DNA of 64,000 nucleotides from Octopus sinensis (GCF_006345805.1 NC_043006.1:87730001-87794000); one strand, 5' to 3'; positions 12,211 through 25,038 are shown, counted from the stretch's first letter. A program made the numbers and translations. Notes: a model not told the origin generated them from the sequence alone.

Positions 12211-14793
12211 AAACACACAACAAAAAGGCCCCCTGGATTGACAGAATATCTACAGAACTGGACCCTTTAGAAGAGCAAAAGTGGGAGGGTGTCAAGGTAG
12301 AAGATATAAGATCTGCTCTCAGGAGGTCAAGCAAATGGAAGTCTCCAGGAAAGGATAAAATTCCTAACTTCTGGCTGAATGCCTTCCCAGAGAGCCATGA
12401 ACTGCTAACAGAACTGTACAATGATGTTTTGCAACACCCTAGTAGGATGCCTCCTTGGCTAGTTAATTGGTTAACATTCCTGCTTCCAAAAAGTGAAGAA
12501 ACAAATGAACCAAAAAACTATAGACCCATAACCTACTTAACAACTATGTACAAAACGCTAACATCTGTCCTGACGGAATATACTTATAGTTTTTTAACAG
12601 ACAGCAGCATATTCCCTAATGAACAGAAGGGATGTAAACGTGGATCCTATGGCTGTAAAGATCAACTACTCATCAATAAGATGATCTTAGAAGATTGTCA
12701 CAAACGACACAAAAACTTATCAATAGCCTGGATAGACTATAAAAAGGCTTTTGATAGCCTACCACATAGCTGGATTAGGAAATGCCTGGAAATGTATAAG
12801 ATAGCACCTACTCTGCGAAACTTTTTGACTGTAAGTATGAGATCATGGAGAACCACACTAACTCTGAACAGTGACAATGAATCCCTAAATGCTGGTGATG
12901 TAAAAATTTCGTGTGGCATTTTCCAGGGTGACTCACTGTCACCACTCCTCTTTTGTTTAGCCTTAATACCTCTCTCAAAACTGCTCAATGACGCGCAGTA
13001 CGGGTATAAAATGTTTGATAAAAATATAAATCATCTCATTTACATGGATGATTTAAAGCTTTTTGCAAAAAATTACCAAAAACTCAAGGGCTTACTAGCG
13101 ATAGTCAAACAATTCAGTGACGACATCAGAATGCAATTCGGCCTCGATAAATGTGCAAAAGCTACCTTTATCAAAGGAAAAATGACAGAAACATCTAACG
13201 TTAACCTTGACCAGCAGAATGTCATAAAAGAACTAGACCCAGCGGAGAGCTACAAGTACCTAGGGGTAATTGAAGGGAATGGAATAAGGCATTCAGAGAT
13301 GAAGGAAAGAATCAGAAGAGAATGCTATCGAAGAGTGAGAGCAATACTCAAGACAGAGCTGAATGCAAGAAACAGGATCGAAGCGATCAATGCATTAGCC
13401 ATACCAGTCGTGACTTACAGTTTCAATATCGTTAACTGGTCAGTTACTGAAATATGTCAGCTCAACAGAAAAATAAGAAAACTGTTAACAATGCATAGAA
13501 TGCACCACCCTAAGGCAGATACAGAACGACTTTATCTGCCAAGAAAAGAGGGAGGCCGTGGTCTTTTGCAACTGGCAATAACAATGAAGATTGTTACAAT
13601 TGGCCTAGACACCTACCTGAAAAAGTCTGAGGACTGGATGTTAAAACTTGTCTCAAAACATGAAAACAAGAAAGCATCATACTCAGTAACAAAACAGGCA
13701 AAGGAATATCTAAGTGAATTCCGAATACAACAAATTTCGGAATTAGAGATAGACATACAAGAAACAAGCACAGAAAAAGCTAGGCACATGAAAACCCGTG
13801 CCAAAACTGCGGCCTTAGATATTCTGAATAATAAATGGCAAGAAAAACCTCTCTATGGCAAATACCCAAAGAGAGCGAATAATGCAGATATTGACAAAGC
13901 CCTGACCCATCAATGGCTAATGGCCTCTGGCTTAAAATCTAAACAGAAGGGTTTATCATAGCAGCTCAAGATCAATGCCTACCAACAAGAAACTACCAGG
14001 CCAACATATTAAAGAACGGCAGTAGCCCAACATGTCGTGTATGCCGACAACAAAATGAAACCATTGATCATGTTGTCTCCAAATGCAGTCTTCTAGCGCC
14101 TACAGAGTACCTCAACAGGCATGATAGAGCTGCACAATATATTCACTGGGTAATTTGCAAAAACCTGGATTTGCCCCATGAAAAAAACTGGTGGGAACAC
14201 AATCCACCTCCACTGCTGGAAAATGACCACATCTCACTCCTCTGGAACTTCACCATTCAAACTGACAGAAAGATAGATGCAAATAGGCCAGTAATCATAT
14301 TGAAAGACTTCAGACAAAGAACATGCCTCCTCATTGATATGACTGTCCCAATCGATATAAATGTATCTGTCAAGACCTACCAAAAACTGAGCAAATATAA
14401 AGATCTTGAAATAGAAATCAGCAAAATGTGGAACCTGAAGACTAAAAACAATACCTGTTGTCATAGGTGCCCTGGGAATGATAGCGAAAGGGGCTGATTG
14501 CAACCTATCTCAGATACCAGGAAACCCCAAAATAGCAGAAATTCAAAAGATAGTGCTCATGGGAACTGCTCATATCCTACGCAAAATACTCTCTATGTAA
14601 TCCCAAGGTTTAAAACAAACTTTTTTTTTTAAATTTATGTATTAGACATTCACTAGTACAACACCAAAAAAAAACCCAAATATATGGCACACTAGGCATA
14701 ACAACAACGTGAACTTCCAACCTGTTGTCTCTTGAGGTCTCTGGGTGAGACTTGGAGCCAACTTGTACAGACATAAAGCAAAAGTCAAACATA

Positions 14794-14795
<2 letters not shown>
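12211..14795 (+). mobile_element. 5'-truncated non-LTR retrotransposon with restriction-like endonuclease, R4/Dong clade
   Basis: RT motifs KSPGKD, YRPI, IDYKKAFDS, GIFQGDSLSPLLF, YMDD; then CRVC-x8-H-x4-C zinc knuckle, RHD, NRP(V)IILKD..LIDMTVP..K..KY.DL endonuclease; ~195-bp 3' UTR ending in (AAT)n. Confidence 0.92.
12216..14600 (+). pseudogene. Reverse transcriptase-REL endonuclease ORF, truncated, frameshifted at about 13940 and 14445
   Basis: Open frame from the 5' junction through track ORF 12429-13961, continuing in the frame of 14171-14497, ending RKILSM* at 14600; catalytic PD reads PV. Confidence 0.88.

Positions 14796-14839
<44 letters not shown>
14795..14839 (+). repeat. (AAT)n microsatellite, target/tail of the retrotransposon
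   Basis: About 15 perfect AAT units directly after the 3' UTR. Confidence 0.95.
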
Positions 14840-14840
<1 letters not shown>

Positions 14841-14977
14841 TCGAAAAATACCTTAGGAATGAGAACCCAGGTTGAAAATTTCCCCAAGACACCTGATGAA
14901 GGCTGGAGGGTATATCAGCCAAAATGTTGTGCTAACAACGAACACGATAAGGACAAATATCTGTCAAATGTAAATAA
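14838..14977 (+). mobile_element. Hammerhead-bearing short repeat, right arm of an inverted pair
   Basis: ACAC-CTGATGA-A-GGCTG-10nt-CAGCC-AAAA-TGTT-GTGC at 14889-14932; the differences from CCGAAACG are CpG-type transitions. Confidence 0.75.
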
Positions 14978-16009
14978 GATACGAGGGTTTTCAGAAAGAA
15001 TATCAAGAAGTTTTGTAAAAAATTCAAATGCCCTACTTACATTCTCTTGTTGATAGCTGTTGTTAATGTTTAGTATTGGTTAGTTCTGAGAAAACACTTA
15101 TTACCCAAAACACTTCAGTAATACTGTGTCCTATTTTTATTTAAAATGGTAGGATATGATATACAAGAAATGTGGATGCTCATATTAGCATATGGTTACA
15201 CTGCTTTATGTAATACTTTTAATTACCAAGATATAAACTATTCCTCTCTCAGAGTATGTATAGGGAACATTCATCTCTAGTGTTTGTACCATGAAAAACA
15301 TTCACTACACTCTGTAGAATGGTTGGCATTAAGGGCATCATTTATTAGAACCCTGCCAAAGCACATGTTGGACACTAAGCAAGATGTGGGCTTTTGATCT
15401 GTAAGACTTTGTTGAAACATCCAAGCCAGCAAGGAAAGTGAATGTAAAATTGGGTGTGTGTGATATTGTTTCTCTCAAACCAGCCCTGGTAAGACAGGCC
15501 CATGATAAATGGCACTTCATGCATGACCATCCCAACTTTTACCTATGAGAAAGGAACCCAAGACCAACATGCCTTTTCTAAAAGACTGACTGCTATTTCT
15601 AACTGTTTGAACAAACATGGAGAGGTTCTTTCATTGATTCGATGAGTATACATACATTTGTAGTTGTGTAATCCAAACTTGTGTGTGTTACTGTGTATGT
15701 ATTGTATACACAAACATAAATATACACACTCATATTAGGCTACATAAAGTGTAGCTAAGTATCTAGTGATTCTTACACACAAATAATGTTCTTATATTTT
15801 TTCTCCAGTTTTATGAGATCATCAGACATCTGTTGGCTGGTAGATGTCCAATCTCATGCTTTCAGATAACCTCAAAATACTTGTGACCTAAGGATAAAAG
15901 ACCTAAATAAGCTATTAGCCACTCACCCTTTCAGCTGTTTTGATAACAATACTTGTTACACTGAATGAGAACATAATTACTGATCCCCATTTCAACAGTT
16001 GTAAAACAT

Positions 16010-19000
16010 TAGGGTAGGTCAATTTTGGAACTGTAATCTTGGACTAGTCTAGATACAAAGGTATTAATATATAGAAAACATTGCATTAACTCTTATTTAT
16101 GAAAATGATTTGAGGATTCTCAGCTATTTTTAAGTTGTAAAATTGTATAACTTTATACATAAAAGGCCAACCATTGAATCTAATTTAATCAAAATAACCA
16201 ATTAAAATTTGTCATTTTCAACAAAACAATGCTTGGAACTTGTTTAAATGCTTTATAGATGTTTATTGATGTTTTATTTTGTACTCTCTAATGATATTTG
16301 CCTATCAAATACTTATTAAATTATTTTCAGATACTTTACAAAAATGGGTAGAAAAAGGAAATCTGCAGTATTTTGTAACATGTTTAGAACATAAAATTCA
16401 GTGGAAAATGCCCACCATTGGATGTTCACTCCATCATTTTAAACCTCTTGATGGCAGTATCAAAACTCCCACTACTTTCAGTGGCCCGCTAGGAAAACTC
16501 TGTGAAAATGATTACCAAGATCAGCCACAGTGCCAAAAAATTTGGTGGTCAGCCTTCTCAAAAGAGCCTCCTACACTCCACCAAGTTATTCAATACAGTT
16601 ATTTCCTCCAAAACACACATCCAGACTTGAAAGACAATGGATATAGCTAAAATAATAGCAAAGGATGTAATTGGGATCTGGTAGGTAGTGAACCCATGGC
16701 TGTCCCTGTATGAGGAATATCATGTAATGACATTGGTGAATGAAGTGTGCTTCAAGAAAGCAAAAGAGATAAACTGCAAATCTCTTTCCACAGTGAAGGA
16801 ACAGAATATGGAGGAAAAGCTGGATAAAAATTTTGACATTTCTGTTTGCATCTGTAAGCTAAATGTTCATCCTTGTGATGACAATGCTGTGAAGTGCAAG
16901 AAAGAGTTGTAGCTAAATCAAGCTCAGCACATAATCTGCATGTGTCCTCCCAGTAAGAAAGTAAAGCTATTTTTTTAAACTTTTAACTAAACTTATTTAG
17001 CTCGATTAATTGCCTTTTAAATAGAAGAAAATCCCATGGATGTAATAGGAAAATATATGCATTTCCCTCCTGTAATCTACCTTTGCCACTTTGGTATAAA
17101 AAATTGATCATTAATTTTTTTCAGGATTTTATCTCTTAACTCCAGTTCAATATACTTTAATATTTAAGGTTCTAGTAGAGGAGAGGGAATACTTAAGAGA
17201 TCAGAGGGCCAAAATAGGACCCAAGGGCTCTTTCCAGTTCGGGTCTGTGGATAATGCTGCTGTGAAGAGAAACCAGAGAGTTGTAGCTAAGGCAGAAATA
17301 TTACAGAAACAGATTCAACAGCAGCAGGAAGTGGATTTGGCCTCACTAGCCTCTACATCCTCACAAGATATTTCCTTGGCATCCAGCTCAGGAGATGACA
17401 AGTTCAAGTCAAGGAAGCACACAAGTGAAGCTTACAACTTTTTGACCCCCTCCCCCCGATATGCCATGAAATTGATCAGAGGTGATGCTTCTTCCAGTCT
17501 TGAGGCATGTCTTGCTAATGCCCTCCTCCTTGACTTACAAGCTATGGATCTGCTGAAGCCTGGCCTTGGTGTGAAACAGATAATAGTTGACAAATTGAAG
17601 TTGGACAGAGAAAAAGACAGAATGAAAGTGAAGAGCAATGAAAAACACAAAGAGAGGCTGGGAAAGTCAGTCTGTATTGGAGTTGAGGGGAAAGCTGACC
17701 AGGAAACTTTGGTGTACTGGGAAGTTAAGGATGAAAATGGAGAGATGAAGCTGAAGAAAGGAATGGAACAAGAGCACCATTTGACTTTCACAAAGGAAGC
17801 AGGAACTGAAAGTGGAACATATCTCACAGAGTTATCCCGATTAAAGGTGCGACTGGTGCTATACTTGGTGATAAAGTTGTTAATGTCTTGGAAGAGTTTA
17901 ACAATGTTCATACCTTGAAATCTGTTCTTCTTCACAACACAAACACTGGCTGGGAGGGAGGCCTTGTAACGTGCACACCATTGGATGTTCGCTCCATCAG
18001 AATGAACTTCCTATTGGAGTTGTTTTTAAGCATCTTCATGGCAGTATCAAATCTCCCACTTCTTTTAGTGGCCCACTGGGAAAACTCTAAAATTGATCAC
18101 CAAGATCAGCTACAAGTAGAATTCACCAGACTCAGTGGCCCCTGGATGACATGGAATTTGATGAGGTGATACTGAATGATCTCAGTGAGCAGATGAGTAT
18201 GTGTTATGAATTTCCTGGGATACTATCAACCCAAAGTTTGCTGCCTGAAAAATTGGACCATTAAACCATGTGAGATTGATGTGTTTATGGACCACAGGTG
18301 TCTAGCCTCAGAACTGCATGATAAGCTTTACTTAGCCATCAAGTACATTGTGGAAGTGTATGCAGCCAGTTGGTTTGAGACAAAAGGGACAGCAAGTTCC
18401 ACCATTAGCAGCTGTACATCTTCAACATGATAAAGAGGACCAAGCAGCAGGCTCAAGAAATCCAAGATGTTGCTTCCAGGAACCTGAAGTACAACGCATT
18501 TGCCTTGTTACCCAAGAGTGTGCTGTGCTCGATGATGAAGTTTGATGACTTGGAAGTGAGAGAATCTGCTCTCAAGAAAATTATTTCCATCAGATAAGCA
18601 TTTATAAATTTTAAAATGATTAAATTTTTGGTTATAAGCATTTATCGAACTGTTATTATAATTAAAGTTTAATTTAAATAAGAAATCTTGACACTAATAG
18701 GGATTAAATTTTAAAGTGTGGTTAGGTTAGGTTAGGTTAAGAGCCACTTTTCACCCTTCAGGGTCCATCAGACTTTTACTTAACCTAAGACTGAAGGGAC
18801 AGGAGAAATCACGTATGTTTTTGCTGCCAACCAAGGGAACCCTTCTGTTGCTGAAGGGAAAGCTACCCATCTGCATTGGGGGAGTAGTGGATTGAAACCT
18901 CTCAGCTGGGATCCAAGAGATGGAAGCTTAATGTACTGTGAGTATGAAGACATGAGAGAAGGAAGATAGTGGCTGTGATATGTGTGTTGGGTACAGAGCA

Positions 19001-19440
19001 CCTTGTACATGGGCAAGTCTCAGTGCCCCGCCCATCAAACAAGTGCTCTCTACCTGCACCTAAATTTTTATTTTGTGTCCACCCTCATTGGGGACCAAGC
19101 CCAAGACCAAGGCATGGAAATCCAACACCTTATCCACTTGGCCATGGAGAGCTCCAATTTTATAGTGAAATAAAAAACTAACTTTATTATAATTCTTTCG
19201 GAAGTGAGAAGCCAGCGAAGAGGCTGAAGAGGATCGCAGACATCAAGATTGACATGACACACTGGTCAGCATTAGTCAACCTTTCTCAAAGTGGGATCTG
19301 TGAATGTGCTCTCACAGAAGACTTTTCTGACCAGGAACTTTAAAAGGCATTACTGAATGGCCACAAGTTGGAGCTGCCTGATTTTCTTTCACATTCTCAA
19401 AGTGTTGAAAAGGCAGTGAAGCTGACATCTGAAGCTTCCC
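16010..19440 (+). mobile_element. Decayed hAT-superfamily (hATm-like) DNA transposon with intron-containing transposase, 3' end lost
   Basis: TAGGGTAGGTC terminus; remnants EEREYLRDQR, CIGVEGKAD, EHHLTF..E..SGTYLT, NTNTGWEGGLV, IGCSLHQNELP (CxxH), SFSGPLGK, HSQSVEKAVKLTSEAS; AT-rich intron-like gaps 16961-17167 and about 18595-19200; subfamily assignment is from memory. Confidence 0.7.
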
Positions 19441-20622
19441 ATCCTATTTTGTTTTTGTTTTTTTCTAGTTAATTTTAGTTAATTTTTGTTTATTTTCATA
19501 TCATTAAAATGGAATGTCAAGTTAAGAAAAACGAGCATTTTCGACACCTCCTTTTTGCTTTTAATCAAGGTTCTAAAGCCGCAAAAGCTACTAGCAGCAT
19601 TTGTGCTGTGTATGGAGAGGGTGCCATAGCTGAAAGAACTGCTCATGATTGGTATGCCAAGTTCAAAAAGGGAAATTTTGACCTCAAAGACACACCTCAT
19701 TCTGGCCGTCCAGTTGAGTTCGATGAAGAGCGATTAAACCAACTTTTGCACAAAAATACTCATCAAACGACAGGGGAACTGGCAGAGAAACTGGAATGTT
19801 CCCACAAGCTACAGAGAAGCATTTTCACTTAATGGGAAAGGTTCAGAAGTATGGAGCATGGGTTTCGCATGGTTTAAGTGACAACAAAAATCAACAAGCC
19901 ACAATTTCCACTGGTTTGCTTGCTTGTCACTGCTCAACTCATGGAAATAAGCAGCAATTTCTTTACCAAATCGTTACTAGCGACAAAAAATGGTGCCTGT
20001 ACATCAACATGAAGCAGTGTAAGGAATGGCTTAGCCCCAGTAAACAAGCGACACCGCACATAAAACAAGATCTTCATCCATGTAAAATGATGATGTGTGT
20101 ATGGTGGGACTGGGAAGGGATTATCCATTACAAATTGCCAGAAAAGAACCAAACGGTCAATACGGAACTATGTTCAACAGATGGAACGACTCAACATGGC
20201 TATTCAAGAGAAAAGACCTAATCGCTAGCATGGAGTTCTGCTGCTGCACAACAACACCTGCCCTCATATCGCCAATATGACCAAGGAAGCCATTCAAACG
20301 CATGGTTGGGAAGCGCTGCCACACCCGCCATACTCTCCTGATTTGGCAACAATGGATTTCCACCTCTTTCGATCTCTATCAAATGCTATATGCAGAGTTT
20401 TGTTCAATACTAATGCAGAATTGAGACCTTGGGTGGATCAATTTTTCAATTCGAAATAGGGTGATTTCTACCGAGGTATTGAATATCTTGTTGAACATTG
20501 GGAAGAAGTTGTAAACAAAATGGGTGAATACGTTATTGATTAATTAGTTGTTATTTTTTATTAAAACCTTTTAAAAATTTAAATTATAAAAAAAACGGCA
20601 GGAACTTAGTTGCCAACCCAAT
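19441..20622 (+). mobile_element. Mariner (DD34D-type) transposon, left TIR missing
   Basis: Transposase 19509-20543 broken into ORFs with HSGRP, WVSH, VTSDKKW, HNNTCPH, HPPYSPDLATMDFHLF; right TIR CGGCAGGAACTTAGTTGCCAACCCAA followed by TA. Confidence 0.93.
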
Positions 20623-20965
20623 ATATAAAATGAATTTTCATTAATGCTAGAAATGGAACTTGCTTTTCCATGCCTCAATAACTGCACCTGCATGTTTGTT
20701 ATTTTCAATGTATGTATAGCAGCCTACTGTTCAACCTGTATTCACAATCTTTGTAAAAACACATGTTTAACAACTTTGAATTTCAGTACTATTTTGACAG
20801 GGAAAGTTTGTTTACTGGTGGCTGGTGGCACTTGGAAAATAAAGAAGCGTTGATAAATGTAATGTTATTGTTGATATTTTTTCACATCCTTTATTTCCTA
20901 TAATTATATGCCAGAAACCATATATGTATATGTGTGTGTATGTATATTTTGTATGTGTGTATGTA

Positions 20966-21004
<39 letters not shown>

Positions 21005-21196
21005 TCATCATCATCATCATCATTTAACGTCAGCATGGAAAGCGGACGTTAAATGATGATGATGATGATGATGATGTAATATATATAGTATATAATATAT
21101 ATATATATGTAATATATATTATATGTATATATATATATATATGTGTATATATATATATGTTGTATATATATATGGTGTGTAATATATATATATATG

Positions 21197-21229
<33 letters not shown>

Positions 21230-21266
21230 GTATTATATATATATGTGTGTATAATATATATATATG

Positions 21267-21297
<31 letters not shown>

Positions 21298-21486
21298 TAT
21301 ATAATATATATATGTATATATATATATGTATATATATATGTATAATATATTATGTATATATTAATATTGTTATATATATATATATATATAGTATATATAT
21401 ATATATATGTTATATATATATATATATGTATATATAGATATATAATGTATATATTATATATATATGTATATATATATATATCTGTT

Positions 21487-21533
<47 letters not shown>

Positions 21534-21535
21534 GT

Positions 21536-21964
21536 AGATAAGAAGTTTGTTTGTAAAGCACGTGGGTGAATATATAAGAAAATAGTAAGTGTGAAAAAAC
21601 GACAGAAGGCTTAATGTTAAAAAATATATATATTTGTGTCAAAATGTCTGGAGAATATTGGAAAAATTTTTTTTCCTTTCCTTAAAATGACATAATTTTA
21701 AAATTTAAGAAATTACCGGTTTCGCGTGTAGCTTTTCAAATTTCTTGTGACGTTATGTTTATATTGCATGAAGTTATCGTTGTGTTTATTATCAGGAGAT
21801 TTCTAAATAAGGGGAGGTAGTGAGTGATTTCTTCCGGTGTAAGGGAGATAATCGCTTAAAAATTTTTTTCCCTTTTCCCTTGTTAATTCTCTGTGTCAGT
21901 ATGTTCGGATGGTTGAGTCGGGGTTTATTGAAAAGTACAAACCCAGACTCAACCATCCGAACAT
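21536..21964 (-). mobile_element. Penelope-like terminal repeat fragment in (TA)n
   Basis: CpG-retaining island with a hammerhead motif at 21707-21746 and a terminal 26-bp inverted repeat at 21901-21964. Confidence 0.6.
21707..21746 (-). ncRNA. Minimal type I hammerhead-like motif, U3-A8 core
   Basis: Minus strand AAGAAAT-TTGAAAA-GC-TACAC-GC-GAAA-CCGG-TA-ATTTCTT: 7-bp stem I, 2-bp stem II, palindromic stem III, GUA site. Confidence 0.65.
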
Positions 21965-21984
21965 ATATATATATATATGTATAT

Positions 21985-22034
<50 letters not shown>

Positions 22035-22157
22035 TGTATATGTATATATATATATATGATATATATATATATATATATATGTATATGTATATATATGTAT
22101 ATATATATATATATATATAGTATATATATATATATGTATATATATTATATATAATAG

Positions 22158-22197
<40 letters not shown>

Positions 22198-22376
22198 ATA
22201 TGTAATATATATATATATATATGTATATATAGATATATATATATGTATATATATGTATTATATATATATATATATATATAGTATATTATGTATATATATA
22301 TATAATATATAATATATAGTATATATATGTATATATATTATATATATATATATATATATATTTATTCTATAGAAGG

Positions 22377-22425
22377 AGCTTCTACAGGACTAGAACTGTT
22401 TCATCAAAAGAAATCATCAGGAAGC
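22377..22425 (-). ncRNA. Type I hammerhead motif, inverted copy
   Basis: Minus strand GCTTC-CTGATGA-TTTCTTTTGAT-GAAA-CAG-TTCTAGTC-CTG-TA-GAAGC. Confidence 0.6.
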
Positions 22426-22472
22426 TTCCTGATGATTTCTTTTGAATGAAACAGCTCTAGTCCTGTAGAAGC
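22424..22472 (+). ncRNA. Type I hammerhead motif
   Basis: GCTTC-CTGATGA-TTTCTTTTGAAT-GAAA-CAG-CTCTAGTC-CTG-TA-GAAGC: canonical core, stems I and III paired, weak stem II, GUA site. Confidence 0.7.
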
Positions 22473-23364
22473 TCCTTCTATAAAATAAATTAATTTACTC
22501 TGCTATGTATTGAGTACCTTATTACTGTGGTTAACCCCGACTCAACCCGGGACATAATATATATATAATTATTATATATATATATATATATAAAGCGGAC
22601 GTTAAACGATGATGATGATGATACACATATATATATATATATACACACACATATATATATATACACACACACATATATATATATATACAACACCACATAT
22701 ATATATATATATATTATATATATATACACATCTCTATATATATATATTATATAAAATACATGCTATGCACAGCTATATATACCTATTGTCAAATACAGTG
22801 TGCTGCAATACATGTGTAAAAGCTAAAAAGAAGGAATCAAACTTGGAACTATTACCATGATTGTCTTTAACTTCTTAGATAACATCATCTTATTCAATAA
22901 AGCATGTGATCATTATATGATTCAGAAAAACAAGACTCATAAGAACAATGATAACACCAGAATGAAAAAAGAGTGGGAGATATAACAATTCTGTTATTTA
23001 TTCATATAATAAGCTGTTTGACAAATAACGAATAGAACAATTTTGTTCATAAACATATCGTTTGGTTTCCTTAATAACATAAATATAGGAAACATGCACA
23101 AATACTTAAGTTGATATTTTTAAGTGTAATCCTTGCAGAAGAATATGTTGATGATGATATATGAATGATACAGAGGTATTTATAGAATATACATACAAAT
23201 GTAAAAAGTTAGATGTGCATACAACCACTTTGCACATATTTATGCATTCATATATCTCTGTGTACATACATTTCTTCACACTGATGCATGCTTTCCAGGA
23301 TAATTTTCATATTCACAGTGCATTTATACATGCAGAAGCATAAGCACAGACATATATATATATA

Positions 23365-23490
<126 letters not shown>

Positions 23491-24018
23491 GTATGTATAT
23501 ATGTATGTATGTATGTATATGTAATCACTATGTGTGGTAGAAGAATTTATTATTAGGATTACGTTATACTTTCAATGCAGTGAGGAGAGCTGAAAATATA
23601 TATTATTTCCTACTTGTACATAATTTACTGCAACAAGCAATGGAAAATCTATATATTTTCCTTCCCTTCACACTTAGAATAAGGAATTTTGGATAGATTG
23701 ACAGTGAGAATATGTTAACATAAATCTCACTTCAGATTCACAAAAGCTATTCATATTTTAGACCTTCATAATGAATGCAGGACTCACAGAAATATCTTAA
23801 AGTACCTACGTGTTACAAGTACATGGTTTCTTTTCCCCTCTCACACACACATATACACATGTAGTAGTTGAAAAGTGCCAGGATAACTCCAGTTTTGAAT
23901 AAATAAACTTTCCATGTATTGCATGTTCTTCTTCAAGTTGCTCATCCTAAATGTATAATGAATAAAATTAACAAACTCGCAAGCACAAACACAAATGAAT
24001 ATATATATATATATATAT

Positions 24019-24268
24019 ATCATCATCATCATCATCGTTTAACGTCCGTTCTCCATGCTAGCATGGGTTGGATGGTTCGACCGGGGATCTGGGAAGCCAG
24101 AAGGCTGCACCAGGCTCCAGTCTTATCTGGCAATGTTTCTACAGCTGGATGCCCTTCCTAACGCCAACCACTCCGTGAGTGTAGTGGGTGCTTTTTACGT
24201 GCCACCTGCACAGGTGCCAGGCAAGGCTGGCATCGGCCACGGTCGGATTGGTGCATTTTACGTGCAAC
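24019..24268 (-). mobile_element. 3' end of a LINE/SINE with (GAT)n tail
   Basis: (CAT)n-CGTTTAACGTCCG...CTACAGCTGGATGCCCTTCC; degenerate relatives near 850-930, 15290-15450, 26800-26900, 31600-31690, 43290-43400. Confidence 0.65.
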
Positions 24269-24527
24269 TGATATATATATATATATACACACACATATAC
24301 ATACATATATATACATACATGTACATATACACATATATATATATACATATATATATACATATACATATATACATACATATACATATATACATACATATAC
24401 ATATACATATACATATATATATATACATACATATATACATATACATACATATACATATATATATATATACATATATACATATATATATATACATATACAT
24501 ATATATATTTATTACACACACACACAC

Positions 24528-24745
24528 AAAGCAGGGCTGAAAAGTTCCCTCACTTCAAGGGTTATTGCAAAGGGTCTAGCTGGAAGCTCAACCTTCTGAG
24601 TTCTTTTACAAGGCTTAGAAAAACTGAAGGACTGCGGCAATAAGTGTGTGAATCTGAGAGGGGAATATGTTGAATAAAATCAAAATTATCTGATCGTCCT
24701 ATATTTTCTTTTACCCAAACCAGGTACTTTTCAACACCCACTCAT
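24528..24745 (+). mobile_element. Mariner-derived MITE
   Basis: Imperfect TIRs GGGCTGAAAAGTTCC / GGTACTTTTCAACACCC; retains transposase C-terminus KCVNLRGEYVE*. Confidence 0.7.
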
Positions 24746-24784
24746 GTGTGCATATGAACGTGTGTGTATGTATGATATGTATAC

Positions 24785-24896
<112 letters not shown>

Positions 24897-24902
24897 TATA
24901 TA

Positions 24903-25038
24903 TATAGTAGAAGACACTTGCCCAAGGTGCTACGCAGTAGGACTGAACCTGGAACCATGTGGTTGGTAAACAACCTACTTACCTTTTAGAATTCATATCC
25001 ATTTACATACATAAAATTCTGTGTTTATGCCTCTCTGC

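Larger units (their letters stand above)
20920..22760. repeat. Large interrupted (TA)n array with embedded islands
   Basis: About 1.8 kb, mostly TA/TG dinucleotides, with islands at 21001-21075, 21536-21964, 22361-22556 and 22593-22622. Confidence 0.95.

Noticed and set aside
11854-12421. Poly-L/F/S ORFs
   Set aside because: Frames of the (GAA)n tract
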